A stretch of 52,040 nucleotides of DNA, from positions 1 through 52,040 of the forward strand of contig JAEEIO010000045.1 of the NCBI GenBank assembly GCA_016281405.1. Direction: 5' to 3'. Position 1 is the stretch's first letter. The number at the start of each line of letters is the position of its first letter. Both the position numbers and the translations under genes were made by a program. The DNA is from Clostridiales bacterium. Lineage in GTDB: Bacteria > Bacillota > Clostridia > Oscillospirales > RGIG5299. Below the pieces are notes generated by a model. The model was not told the DNA's origin. It made no database searches and saw nothing but the letters and a program-made list of their open reading frames with translations. Shown piece after piece: positions 1 to 8,981 of the stretch.

Positions 1-70
1 CGGGACTGTTTGAAGCCCGTGTGCGTGCCGGAGCGGAGCGACGGGCGATCCTCTCCGTCTCCACCACGTC

Positions 71-325
71 GGAGCAAAGTTCGCTTTGCTCCGACGCTTT
101 TTTTGTCAAAAAGCGTCATCCGCCCGCTTCCTTGCTCCTCCTTTTCCCCAAAAAGGCTCGGCGGAGGGCCTCGGCTTTTCGGGGGCCCCAAGGCGAAAGC
201 GAGGCTTTCGCAATGATATCCGTTCCTTTCGGAACGGATGATAATCACTAACGTGAATGATATGCCCTTCGGGCATGATATGCACCTTTCGGCGCATTTT
301 CAGAGCCCCGATAAAAAGGGCTCCC
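71..325. repeat. Hairpin-concatemer repeat, left copy: a chain of short GC-rich stem-loops separated by ATGAT(A)T-like spacers
   Basis: Successive perfect or near-perfect palindromes: ggagcaaag-ttcg-ctttgctcc (71-92), gacgcttttt-ttgtc-aaaaagcgtc (93-117), cgaaagc-gag-gctttcg, atccgttcc-tttc-ggaacggat, atgccc-ttcg-gggcat and gagccc-N9-gggctc. Positions 177-298 are homologous in inverted orientation to 51808-51928. Confidence 0.75.
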
Positions 326-544
326 GACTTTTTCATTGCAATCACGGAGAGGATCGAAAGGGCGGTTTTACCGTAAAAGCTCTGCTCTGATACCGGTTGC
401 AAAAGCATATTTCAGTTTTTGCCTTCTTTGCGGAACAATGCGCTTTTCAAATCCTTAATTATGTATTCCACTCTTTTTTTTCAAATACATTTCACAATGT
501 GATTTTCTGACGCTCAATATCTCCTGAAAAATTCACATTTTCAT

Positions 545-573
545 TTGACATTATGGATTTAACGTGATATAAT
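545..573 (+). promoter_or_regulatory. Sigma-A type promoter for the HTH-GH20 gene
   Basis: TTGACA (545-550), a 17-nt spacer, then TATAAT (568-573), located 40 nt upstream of the GTG start. Confidence 0.6.
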
Positions 574-613
574 CAAATCACAATATAAATATATAGTGTT
601 GGAGTGTGAAAAA

Positions 614-2473
614 GTGAACAAGATTAAAGAGATTCGTGAAAATGAGGGAATGACACAGGACGAGTTCGCCGCCTCCCTCAAGGTCGACCGTTCCACCGTC
701 TCCAAGTGGGAGAACAACTTAAGTCTTCCGCGTCGTGCCATGCTCGAAAAGATAGCGGCTATTTTCAAATGCCAGCTCGACGACCTATTCACAGGCGGAG
801 CCGCCAACGAGAAACTCGTCCGCGAGATAAAGGTCGTGCCGCGCCCGCACTTCGTGAGCGTTCAGACCGAGTCCTCCTATCTTCTCCCGAAAAAAGTGAA
901 ACTTGAGCTGAAAACGCCCCTTGCCGAAATGGGCGCCGACATACTTTCCGAGCTTTTGTGGGAGATAGGCATAAAGACCGAGAAGGTCGCAAGCGGCGGC
1001 GACGTGATTTTCGAAAAAATCAGCTGCAACACCGCCGAGTATTACCGCCTTAAAATTACCGACAAGGGAATATCGGTCCGTTTCTGCGACGCCCTCGGCG
1101 CCCGTAACGCCGTCATGACGCTCTTTTCGATAATTGAAAACGAAAACGGCGCCTATACCGTCCCGACGATAAAAATAAACGACTGGCCCGACAATAAAAT
1201 AAGAGGAATGCTCTTCGACCCCGCGAGGGGCTGTATCCCCGTCCCGAAGCTTAAAAGCTATATCAAGCAGATGGCAAAGGCCAGGATGAATACCCTCGTC
1301 TTCCACTGCTGCGACACCTACGGCCTTTGCTACGAATCCGACATAGAACGCGACCTCACCGACGTCAAAAAAATCGGCCGCTACACCAAGTCCGAGATGA
1401 AGGATATCGTAAACTACTGCCGTTTCTGGGGTATAGAGATCATCCCCGAAATAGACTATCCCGCCCACGCCAACTATATTTTCGACAAAAACCCCGATTT
1501 GCGCTGCGAATCTTTGGACGGCTCGGTTCAGAGCAACTGGGCGCTTTGCGCTACCAACGAAAAAGTCTTCGAATATCTCGAAGAGGTTTATAAAGAGGCT
1601 GTGGAGATTTTCGGCTGCCGCTATCTCTCGATATGCGGCGACGAGCTCGAAATGCTCGACCTCGATTCCTTCGACCTCTGGACCAACTGGGAAAGCTGCA
1701 AGCACTGCCGCGAGGTCATGGACAAATACGGATATAAAGACCAATACGACCTTTACTGTCACGCCGTGAGACGTATTCACGGCATTCTCGCGAAGTTCGG
1801 CGTCCGCATGCTCATAACCAACGACTCCGTCAACATCGCCGAAAACCCCGACCTGCCGAAAGACATAATCATAATATGGTGGCGCGTCGCCATGCCCAAG
1901 AGAGGTCTTACCCGGATGCAGGACATGGAAAACTTCTGCAAGGCGGGCTACGACGTCATAAACATAAATTACGAGGACGCCTACATCTATTTCTATACCG
2001 ACGAAAACAGGCTTTCCGACTGGACGACGACAAACCGTCCCTTCGTCTCGGAGGAGTATCGCCACAAGGTCATCGGCGGCTATTTCTCGGCATGGGGCGA
2101 CGCTCCGATAAATCACTATCCGTGGACGCTCCCCGGCGGGATCATTATGTATGGCGAGCGCCTCTGGAACAACGAGCCGTCGGTCTACGACAAGGCCTAC
2201 AGGCTGGCGCTCACCCAGGCCGTTTTCGGTAAGGACGTCCCCGCTGATTTAGACGTCTTCACGGCTCTCGGCGGCACCCTTTTGCCGCTTACCATCGCCG
2301 AGTTGAGGCGCGGCTACCCCGAAAACCTCAAGAAAGAGGACGCGGCCTATATCGACGTCTGCGCGGAACGGCTCGGAAAGCTTGTAAAGCGTCAGTCGCC
2401 TTACGCCGAATACGCCAAGGAGTTTATCGAATGCCTCAAATGGACGAAAGAGAGGCTCGGCGAGAATAACTGA
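614..2473 (+). CDS. XRE-family helix-turn-helix domain fused to a GH20 beta-N-acetylhexosaminidase-like domain; no signal peptide
   Basis: The N-terminus (NKIKEIRENEGMTQDEFAASLKVDRSTVSKWEN) is a classic Cro/C1 HTH. The rest has GH20b plus a TIM-barrel look (INDWPDNKIRGMLFDPARG, IIPEIDYPAHANY, catalytic-type CGDE). The track ORF opens at 596, but GTG at 614 follows GGAG (601-604) and gives a typical XRE N-terminus. Confidence 0.8.
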   Translation: MNKIKEIRENEGMTQDEFAASLKVDRSTVSKWENNLSLPRRAMLEKIAAIFKCQLDDLFTGGAANEKLVREIKVVPRPHFVSVQTESSYLLPKKVKLELKTPLAEMGADILSELLWEIGIKTEKVASGGDVIFEKISCNTAEYYRLKITDKGISVRFCDALGARNAVMTLFSIIENENGAYTVPTIKINDWPDNKIRGMLFDPARGCIPVPKLKSYIKQMAKARMNTLVFHCCDTYGLCYESDIERDLTDVKKIGRYTKSEMKDIVNYCRFWGIEIIPEIDYPAHANYIFDKNPDLRCESLDGSVQSNWALCATNEKVFEYLEEVYKEAVEIFGCRYLSICGDELEMLDLDSFDLWTNWESCKHCREVMDKYGYKDQYDLYCHAVRRIHGILAKFGVRMLITNDSVNIAENPDLPKDIIIIWWRVAMPKRGLTRMQDMENFCKAGYDVININYEDAYIYFYTDENRLSDWTTTNRPFVSEEYRHKVIGGYFSAWGDAPINHYPWTLPGGIIMYGERLWNNEPSVYDKAYRLALTQAVFGKDVPADLDVFTALGGTLLPLTIAELRRGYPENLKKEDAAYIDVCAERLGKLVKRQSPYAEYAKEFIECLKWTKERLGENN

Positions 2474-2618
2474 TAAAGTCCCGTAAAAGCTTTTGATAGT
2501 ATCCTACTAAAAAATGCGGGTTTTATCAATTGTTTAACGCATTTTTACAGTATATAATATATTCCGAGGCCGGCTTTTCGGCCGACGGATCAGAAAAAAC
2601 GGAGTGGCGGCGAACGAT

Positions 2619-5561
2619 ATGAGTAAAATACTGAAAAGAATCATTGCGACGGCTGCGGCGACTGCTTTGACTCTTGCCGTAACGGCCGCTCTTGCGGGGT
2701 GTAACGGTATGATAAGTATTGAAAACGCGGAAAAAACACTTTATGAGCTCGGACTAACCGACTACGAAAGCGAAGCGGCGCTCACGGCCGACTTCGACAA
2801 GTCCGTCACACGCGAGCGCGCGATTGACGCGGCCGTGCGCCTCACGGGCATGGTCATGGAAAACTACGCGACAAACGAGGACGAACTCAAAAGAGCCTTT
2901 CTTTACTATTCCGACGCCGACGAGGTGTCCGAAAAGTATTACCGCAACGTCGGCATCGGCGCGAAGAAACGCATAACCGACGACGGAAACGCCGAAGCGA
3001 TGCGTCCGCAGGCGGCCGCGACCGGCGAAGAGATTAAATACGTCTTCGCGGCGGCGCTCGGCTACTCGCCCGATAAAAACGGCGCCGATGCCTTCTACAA
3101 GGGCGTTTCGCTCCCGTCCGAGCTCAAAGAGGCCTTAAAGGGCGAAAGCGTGACGGTCAAAGACTTTTTGTCTGTCTCGGCCTACGTCCTCGCGGGGCAT
3201 TTTGAAAACGGCGACACGGTCGTTGAAAAGCTGATTTATCAGCTTGTCGTAGATGAAAACGAGGCCTACAGGAGAGGCCTTGCGGCCGACCTTTTCGTAA
3301 AGCGTCTTTCGGTCAAGACAAAAAAGCTAAGCGCCATATCGACCGATAACATAAACGGCTGCCTCTCGGCTCTTTACGCCGCCGACGAGATCGACGACTA
3401 CGTCAAGGACGCCTCCTTCAGCGGAGGAAATGCCGCGTCGGCAAAGAAAAGCGCCCTTTCGCAGACGGCTAAGGTGAGAGAAAACTGCGGCGCGTTCTTC
3501 GCCAAAGAGGCGGGAGCCGCTCCCGCGGTCGAAAGCAAGGCCGTCACCGTCTACGGCAGAGAGACCGTCGCCTCCGTTCTTACCGAAAAGGCTTTCTCGG
3601 CAATCGACGAGAACGGCGTCATAACGCTCGAAAACGGCTACTATAAAATGACCTTCACGGCGGGCGAAAGCCTCCTTCTCACAAGTTATTACAACGGCGA
3701 GATCGGCGCCGATATGCTCACCGCCGAGTCGGAAGGCGCCTTCGTCTCGATAGAGACCGACGACAAGACGTATTTCGAAAAGGATATGGAGCTTAAGTCT
3801 TACGAGGTCAAGGCCGACGGTCTTTACGCCACCCTTTGGCTTGCGGAAAAGAACCTTTTGCTCGAACTATCCGTGAAGGGCGACAGCTCGCCCAAGGCGA
3901 TATTCTCGCTTTCGGTGAAGAACGAAAGCGGTGACGAGTCTCATTTTACCCCCGTTTTTCCCGCCTTCCGCCGCCTCGAGATAAACGAAAACGTCTCGAA
4001 GCAGTGGTATTTGTATCCGCAATACGGCGGAATTATCTCCAACGTCGACAAGATCTATAACAGAGGCGCCCCGACCCTCTACGGCGGCGGCGTGACCTAT
4101 CCCATAATGTCGCTTTATTCCGAGGACGGCGGCGGACTGTATATAATGCCCCTCTATCAGTTTAACGTCGAAAAGTTCTTCTGCTTCGGCAAAAAGGACG
4201 GCGCCGTCGATATGTCGATAGCCTACAACGAGAGAACCGTAAAGGCGGGCGAGAAGTGGGAGGCCGCAAAGGTCGAGGTCGGCGTCCACGCGGGCGACTG
4301 GTATAACGCCTTCTCGGTTTATAAGGACTATCTCGCCTCGTGGTTCACGCCCATAACCGTCGACACGTTGAAAGGCACGGTAAACTTAGAGACCGCCTAT
4401 TCGTCCATGCCCTCGGTTCCCAAAAGAATACTTTCGGGCTGGACGCCTTCTTTGAAAGTCGAAGAACTCTTCAAAGAGGCCGACCTCCTGTACGGCGGTT
4501 ACGACGTGCTCCACTGGTTCGACTGGTGGAACAACCTCGGCGATTATCAGTACACCATGGGTTACGGCGGTGTGGCCGAGGTCAGAGAGATCGCCGACAT
4601 AACCCACGACAACGGCAAGCTTTTCTCGCTCTACACCGAGTCGGTGCTCGCCAACAACTACAGCGACATAGCGCTGAACACCGGCTTAGACATATACAGA
4701 CGCGACAAGAACGGCAATCTTTACTGCAACACCTATTACGATATGGTCTGCCTCGACTATATGCTTTGGCAGGATCACTACGTTAAAGTCCTTACCGATA
4801 TGGCAAGGTCCGTGCCCGTCAATATGATTTACATGGACCAGTTCGGCATCCACAACGAGACGGGCTGCTACGCGCCCGGACATAACCACGGCGACGTGTG
4901 GTGCGGTCTCGAAGGGCAGATCGAACTTGCCGAAAGGCTTCGCGGCGAATACGACGCGATAAGAAAAGGCATCGCCTACGGCGGCGAATACCCCGTCATC
5001 GACTATATGAGCCAGTACGTCAACTACGTTTACACCTACAACTGCTGCAAGTGGTATACCCACCACACGTCCGGCATAGACCTATACGCCTTTCTCTTCC
5101 CGAACCTGAGGCTTTATGCTCTTGACCTGTATCAGAAAGGAAACGAGGTTTTCGAACTTATTGACGACCTCAAATGCACCTTCTTCAACGGCGAGTGCCG
5201 CAACTGCCTCGAAAACGAGGCGGGCGACTACGAGGTCGTGAGAAAATATACCGAGATAATCTCGGCAAACGAAGACTGCTTCCAGGGGAGCGACAAGACC
5301 CCGCTTCTGAAAACCGACAACGGCGAGTTTTACGTCAACCGCTTCGTAAACGCCGAAAAGAGCAAGACCATATACACCTTCTTGAACAGAAATTCCAAGG
5401 ACGTCAAGGGAGTGATTCTTCCCAAGCCCGAGGGCGAAGTAATATATTACGACCTCTGGAATAACGTCCGTCTCACCCCCGTCGAGACCGAAAGCGGTAT
5501 ATATCTCGACGTCACGGTAGGCACAAACGACGTCGGCGCTGTCGCCGTCATCGTAAAATAG
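2619..5561 (+). CDS. Large secreted lipoprotein of unknown function; the C-terminal half looks like a glycoside-hydrolase TIM barrel
   Basis: A 980-aa ORF with host codon bias, a signal peptide and a lipobox (LTLAVTAALAGC). The ATG at 2619 is preferred over the GTG at 2604. The C-terminal region is rich in W/Y/D/H motifs (HWFDWWNNLGDY, IYMDQFG), but no family was firmly recognised. Confidence 0.65.
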   Translation: MSKILKRIIATAAATALTLAVTAALAGCNGMISIENAEKTLYELGLTDYESEAALTADFDKSVTRERAIDAAVRLTGMVMENYATNEDELKRAFLYYSDADEVSEKYYRNVGIGAKKRITDDGNAEAMRPQAAATGEEIKYVFAAALGYSPDKNGADAFYKGVSLPSELKEALKGESVTVKDFLSVSAYVLAGHFENGDTVVEKLIYQLVVDENEAYRRGLAADLFVKRLSVKTKKLSAISTDNINGCLSALYAADEIDDYVKDASFSGGNAASAKKSALSQTAKVRENCGAFFAKEAGAAPAVESKAVTVYGRETVASVLTEKAFSAIDENGVITLENGYYKMTFTAGESLLLTSYYNGEIGADMLTAESEGAFVSIETDDKTYFEKDMELKSYEVKADGLYATLWLAEKNLLLELSVKGDSSPKAIFSLSVKNESGDESHFTPVFPAFRRLEINENVSKQWYLYPQYGGIISNVDKIYNRGAPTLYGGGVTYPIMSLYSEDGGGLYIMPLYQFNVEKFFCFGKKDGAVDMSIAYNERTVKAGEKWEAAKVEVGVHAGDWYNAFSVYKDYLASWFTPITVDTLKGTVNLETAYSSMPSVPKRILSGWTPSLKVEELFKEADLLYGGYDVLHWFDWWNNLGDYQYTMGYGGVAEVREIADITHDNGKLFSLYTESVLANNYSDIALNTGLDIYRRDKNGNLYCNTYYDMVCLDYMLWQDHYVKVLTDMARSVPVNMIYMDQFGIHNETGCYAPGHNHGDVWCGLEGQIELAERLRGEYDAIRKGIAYGGEYPVIDYMSQYVNYVYTYNCCKWYTHHTSGIDLYAFLFPNLRLYALDLYQKGNEVFELIDDLKCTFFNGECRNCLENEAGDYEVVRKYTEIISANEDCFQGSDKTPLLKTDNGEFYVNRFVNAEKSKTIYTFLNRNSKDVKGVILPKPEGEVIYYDLWNNVRLTPVETESGIYLDVTVGTNDVGAVAVIVK

Positions 5562-5574
5562 AAAGGAGAAAAAC

Positions 5575-7248
5575 ATGAAGAAAATTGCAGCGCTAATCCT
5601 CACCCTGATTATGGTATTGGGCCTGTTTGCCGCCTGCGGAGAGGGCGGCGGAGGCGGCAACAACGATTCCGTCGTCGCAGATCCCTTCGGCGTTTACGAC
5701 CCGAAGATAACCGTCACCTACGCCATGCCCTTCTACGCGGACTGGGTCAACTCGCTTCGTGCGCTCGACCAGAGCATTGAAGACAATGTCTGGACCGATG
5801 CCGCGAAAAAATACCTCGGTATCAAGCTTGTGCTTATCGACGGCACCACCGAGGTCGGCTCCTACTACGAAAGACTTACCTCGCAGATAGCGGCCGGCAG
5901 TTTCCCAGATTTCGCCAACGTCGGCACCGCCGAGATGTCGGTGAGCTACTACGGAGCGCTTTACCGCTCCAACCTGCTCGCAGACCTAACCGAAGTATTT
6001 GAAAAGAGCGGCTCGGCCGACTTCAAGTCGACCCTTGCGGCCGCGGGCGACGCCGTCTTCCTCCCCTGCACCTTCGGCGGCAAGAAGATGGGCCTTCCCA
6101 TGACCGACTCCCTTGGCGGTCAGTCGAACGCCTACTGGTATATCAGAAAGGACTGGCTCGATAACCTCAATATGCAGGCCCCGACCAACCTTGAGGAGCT
6201 TTTCGCGGTCGCGAGAGCCTTCACCGTAAACGACCCCGACGGTAACGGCGCGAACGACACCGTCGGCATCGCCTGCAGCCAGTTCTTCAAGAGCAACCTT
6301 TCGGGTATATTCAACGGCTTCGGCGCCTATCCCGATATGTGGATAGAAGACGGCAGCAATCACCTCGTCTACGGCTCCATCCAGCCTGAGATGAAGGACG
6401 CCGTGGAATATATAAGAGAACTCTTCTCCAACGGCTATATGATGGACTACACCGCGGCCTCCGAGGCCGATATGGACGCCGCCGTCCGCACGGGACGCGC
6501 CGGCATTTTCGGCGGCAGAATATTCAGCGCCTCTTTGGCGTCCAACGCCAAGAAAGTCAACCCCGCGGCGGAATTCGTCGCCGTCCCCGTATTCGGTCAG
6601 TCGAGCTCCGACGAGGTCAAGCTTTCGAGCGCCCTTAACAGCTATTTCTACTACGCGGTCAACGCCGACAGCCGTCATCCCGAGGCGGTCGTCAAGCTCT
6701 GCAATCTCTTCATAAAAGCGGCGACCGATAAGGGCGAGCTTTACGAAGAACTTATAGCGGGCCCCGACGGCACCGACCGTTCGAGCTTCGCGCCCGTCAG
6801 AATGCTTTCCATTACTCCCGAACACGTCGATGGCAAGACCCTTCGTGAAGAGATGATGGACGCCTTCGAAACGAGAAATCCGAGCGGCATAACCACCCCC
6901 TACTACCGCGACACCGTCTATCCGTCGATAATCGATTATCTCGATAACGACAATATAAACGGCTACGCCAACTACCTCATCTTCGGTGAAAACGGCACTG
7001 CGTGGCAGATAGAGAAGTTCAGAGAGAACGTCGACTTCGTCATCAACTCCTATATAGGCGAACAGACCGCCTCGATGAAGCTCTATTCCGATACCCTTTA
7101 CGAGGTCGAATACACCGGCCTCTCGGCCATAATCATAGGCGAAGAACAGCTTGACTACTTCGACGTCTACGTCGACAGCTGGAAGACCGGCGGCGGCGAC
7201 GACATAACGAGAGAAGTCAACGAGTGGTACGCGACCGTTACCGGCTAA
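5575..7248 (+). CDS. ABC transporter extracellular solute-binding lipoprotein (large family-1, LipO/YtcQ-like SBP)
   Basis: Strong RBS (GAAAGGAG). Signal peptide and lipobox (LGLFAACGEGGGGGNN). The length (~557 aa) and sequence character are typical of oligosaccharide-binding SBPs. Confidence 0.8.
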   Translation: MKKIAALILTLIMVLGLFAACGEGGGGGNNDSVVADPFGVYDPKITVTYAMPFYADWVNSLRALDQSIEDNVWTDAAKKYLGIKLVLIDGTTEVGSYYERLTSQIAAGSFPDFANVGTAEMSVSYYGALYRSNLLADLTEVFEKSGSADFKSTLAAAGDAVFLPCTFGGKKMGLPMTDSLGGQSNAYWYIRKDWLDNLNMQAPTNLEELFAVARAFTVNDPDGNGANDTVGIACSQFFKSNLSGIFNGFGAYPDMWIEDGSNHLVYGSIQPEMKDAVEYIRELFSNGYMMDYTAASEADMDAAVRTGRAGIFGGRIFSASLASNAKKVNPAAEFVAVPVFGQSSSDEVKLSSALNSYFYYAVNADSRHPEAVVKLCNLFIKAATDKGELYEELIAGPDGTDRSSFAPVRMLSITPEHVDGKTLREEMMDAFETRNPSGITTPYYRDTVYPSIIDYLDNDNINGYANYLIFGENGTAWQIEKFRENVDFVINSYIGEQTASMKLYSDTLYEVEYTGLSAIIIGEEQLDYFDVYVDSWKTGGGDDITREVNEWYATVTG

Positions 7249-7262
7249 ACCGCATATAAAAA

Positions 7263-7295
7263 CGGCGGCATACGAAGGTATGCCGCCGTTTTTTT
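7263..7295. terminator. Bidirectional rho-independent terminator between convergent genes
   Basis: cggcggcata-cgaagg-tatgccgccg stem-loop followed by a T7 run, with an A-rich stretch on the other side. Confidence 0.75.
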
Positions 7296-7341
7296 GCGTT
7301 CAGTTTTTTCTGTAAATCTCCGGATAGTGTTCAAATCCTTT

Positions 7342-8832
7342 TTATTCTTTTATCGTCCCCGTCGCGTAACCGTTATACTCCCCGAGAATATCCTCGCCGA
7401 AGGCGGTCGCTTTCAGCGCGACCGAGTCGCCGTAAAACTCGAAGACGATGCCGACGCCGCCTATGACGGTATCGCAGACGTCGACGACCAAAAGGAGCCT
7501 GTTTTCGCTCGTCCACGAGCCCGTGACGAGCGCGCGCGGACGCCTGCCCGAAGGCTTTGTTATGACCTTGCCGTAATAATGCGTCTCGGGAAAGAAGGTG
7601 TCCTCATACCTGCCCGCGCCGAAAGGAAGACTTTTTTCCGCGCCGCCTTTGACGTAGCGGAAAACGCCCGTCTCGCCGTTGAAATCGAGCGTGAATTCGC
7701 TTATTCCCATCGGATTATCCGCGAGTATGAACCGCCTGCCGCCGACCTTTTTTTCAAAAGAGGAGCGCGCCTTGCCGAAGGAGTGATCTATTTCAAGGCC
7801 CGCAAGCGCCGACGCGAGGCGGTTATTTCCGTCTTGCTTTATAGGCCCGTCCTTAAGCGACAGATAAAGCCGCGCCGCCGCCTCGTAAAGCTCCGATTGC
7901 CTGTAGCCCGCCGAGTTTTCGGTGTTGGAGTTGCAGACGAAAAGAAAATCTTTATCGGGGAAGCAGAAGGCGAACTGACTGCCGAGACCGTGAAGTCCGT
8001 AACCGAACGGCTCGATCCAGATCTGATAGCCGTAGCCGTAGTTTTTGGGCATCGCGCCGCAGTCGAAGACGGTGTCGATCTGCTTGGACGTCGCCGCCTC
8101 CATATAGTCGCGCGAGATGAGCTGCTCGCCCCTGTAATTGCCTTTTTCGAGGATGAGATACCCGATTTTCGCGAAGTCGCGCATGGTGCAGATAACGCCG
8201 CTCGAGCCCCACTCTACGCCGTCGGGCGAGAGGACGCAGTCAATATCTTCCGAGACGCCTATCTTATCGAAGACGGGCCGCAGATATTCTAAGAAACCCT
8301 TGCCCGTCACGCGCCTTACGAGGTCGCAAAGGACGTAGGAGGTGGCCGAATTATACAAAAACAGCTTTCCCGCGGGTTTGTCCAAACTGAAACGCGACGA
8401 GAAAAACGCCTCCGTCCAGCCGCTGTTCAAAACTATGCTGTTTCCCGGCTCGTCGGGGAGCCTTTTGTAAGACGTCGCCCATTGCGGAACGGTCATGGTC
8501 AAAACGTCCTTTACCGTCACCGCGGCCATTTTCGGGTCGGGATTTCCGATCTCGGGGAAATAGCTTATCATCGGCGCGTCGAGCGAGATAAGGCCGTTAT
8601 CGGACGCGAGGCCCACGGCGAGCGAAACGACCGACTTCGAACAGGAGTAAAGCCGCCTTTTCGTGTCTTTGTCAAACGGCTTGTAATAGGCCTCGGCAAG
8701 AACTCTGCCGTGCCGTAAGAGCATAAACGAGTGAAGATTTATTCTCGTCCGTTTTATGAAATCGATAAACTCTGTTATTTTTTCCGACGCCAGACCCTCT
8801 TCTTCGGGCGGGCAGAATTCAAAGCCGTTCAT
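7342..8832 (-). CDS. Beta-lactamase-family (class C/PBP-like) serine hydrolase with a C-terminal extension
   Basis: SxxK motif (YSCSKSVVSLAVG) and YxN motif (LYNSATSY). 496 aa, no signal peptide. Confidence 0.75.
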   Translation of the reverse strand: MNGFEFCPPEEEGLASEKITEFIDFIKRTRINLHSFMLLRHGRVLAEAYYKPFDKDTKRRLYSCSKSVVSLAVGLASDNGLISLDAPMISYFPEIGNPDPKMAAVTVKDVLTMTVPQWATSYKRLPDEPGNSIVLNSGWTEAFFSSRFSLDKPAGKLFLYNSATSYVLCDLVRRVTGKGFLEYLRPVFDKIGVSEDIDCVLSPDGVEWGSSGVICTMRDFAKIGYLILEKGNYRGEQLISRDYMEAATSKQIDTVFDCGAMPKNYGYGYQIWIEPFGYGLHGLGSQFAFCFPDKDFLFVCNSNTENSAGYRQSELYEAAARLYLSLKDGPIKQDGNNRLASALAGLEIDHSFGKARSSFEKKVGGRRFILADNPMGISEFTLDFNGETGVFRYVKGGAEKSLPFGAGRYEDTFFPETHYYGKVITKPSGRRPRALVTGSWTSENRLLLVVDVCDTVIGGVGIVFEFYGDSVALKATAFGEDILGEYNGYATGTIKE

Positions 8833-8981
8833 ATAAACACACTCCGCGAAAACACAGTTTTTCTGAAAATATTATAAACAAAACGCGGCTTAAAATCAAC
8901 AAAAAAACGATATTTATAATATTGCAATTCCATTTCTTTTACAATATAATTATTATATTGAAAAAATCGGAGGTTTTGGGT

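Noticed and set aside
177-298. Possibility that the hairpin cluster is a CRISPR array or an integron attC array
   Set aside because: There is no constant 25-40 nt direct repeat alternating with unique spacers, and no cas or intI gene in the window. The units are individually different palindromes only 15-27 nt long.
10-408. ORFs 10..216, 21..251 and 106..408, and likewise 51765..51977 at the other end
   Set aside because: They are drawn through the hairpin-concatemer repeats. They have no RBS and no codon bias, and their translations simply reflect palindromes read in frame. They are treated as non-coding repeats.
785-2116. 443-aa ORF antisense to the HTH-GH20 gene
   Set aside because: This is a shadow ORF typical of high-GC3 genes. 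It is rich in V/A/G/R, has no RBS and no recognisable domain, and lies fully inside a well-supported gene on the other strand.
7294-8292. 332-aa plus-strand ORF overlapping the serine hydrolase gene
   Set aside because: It is antisense to a CDS that has clear SxxK/YxN motifs. Its Arg/Ala-rich low-complexity translation and lack of an RBS mark it as a GC-bias artefact.
8922-8981. Upstream start (8922) for the Gfo/Idh/MocA gene and 39653 for the lipoprotein gene
   Set aside because: The extensions are AT-rich promoter sequence translated (FFYNIIIILKK...). The internal ATGs at 8982 and 39698 have RBSs and yield canonical N-termini.
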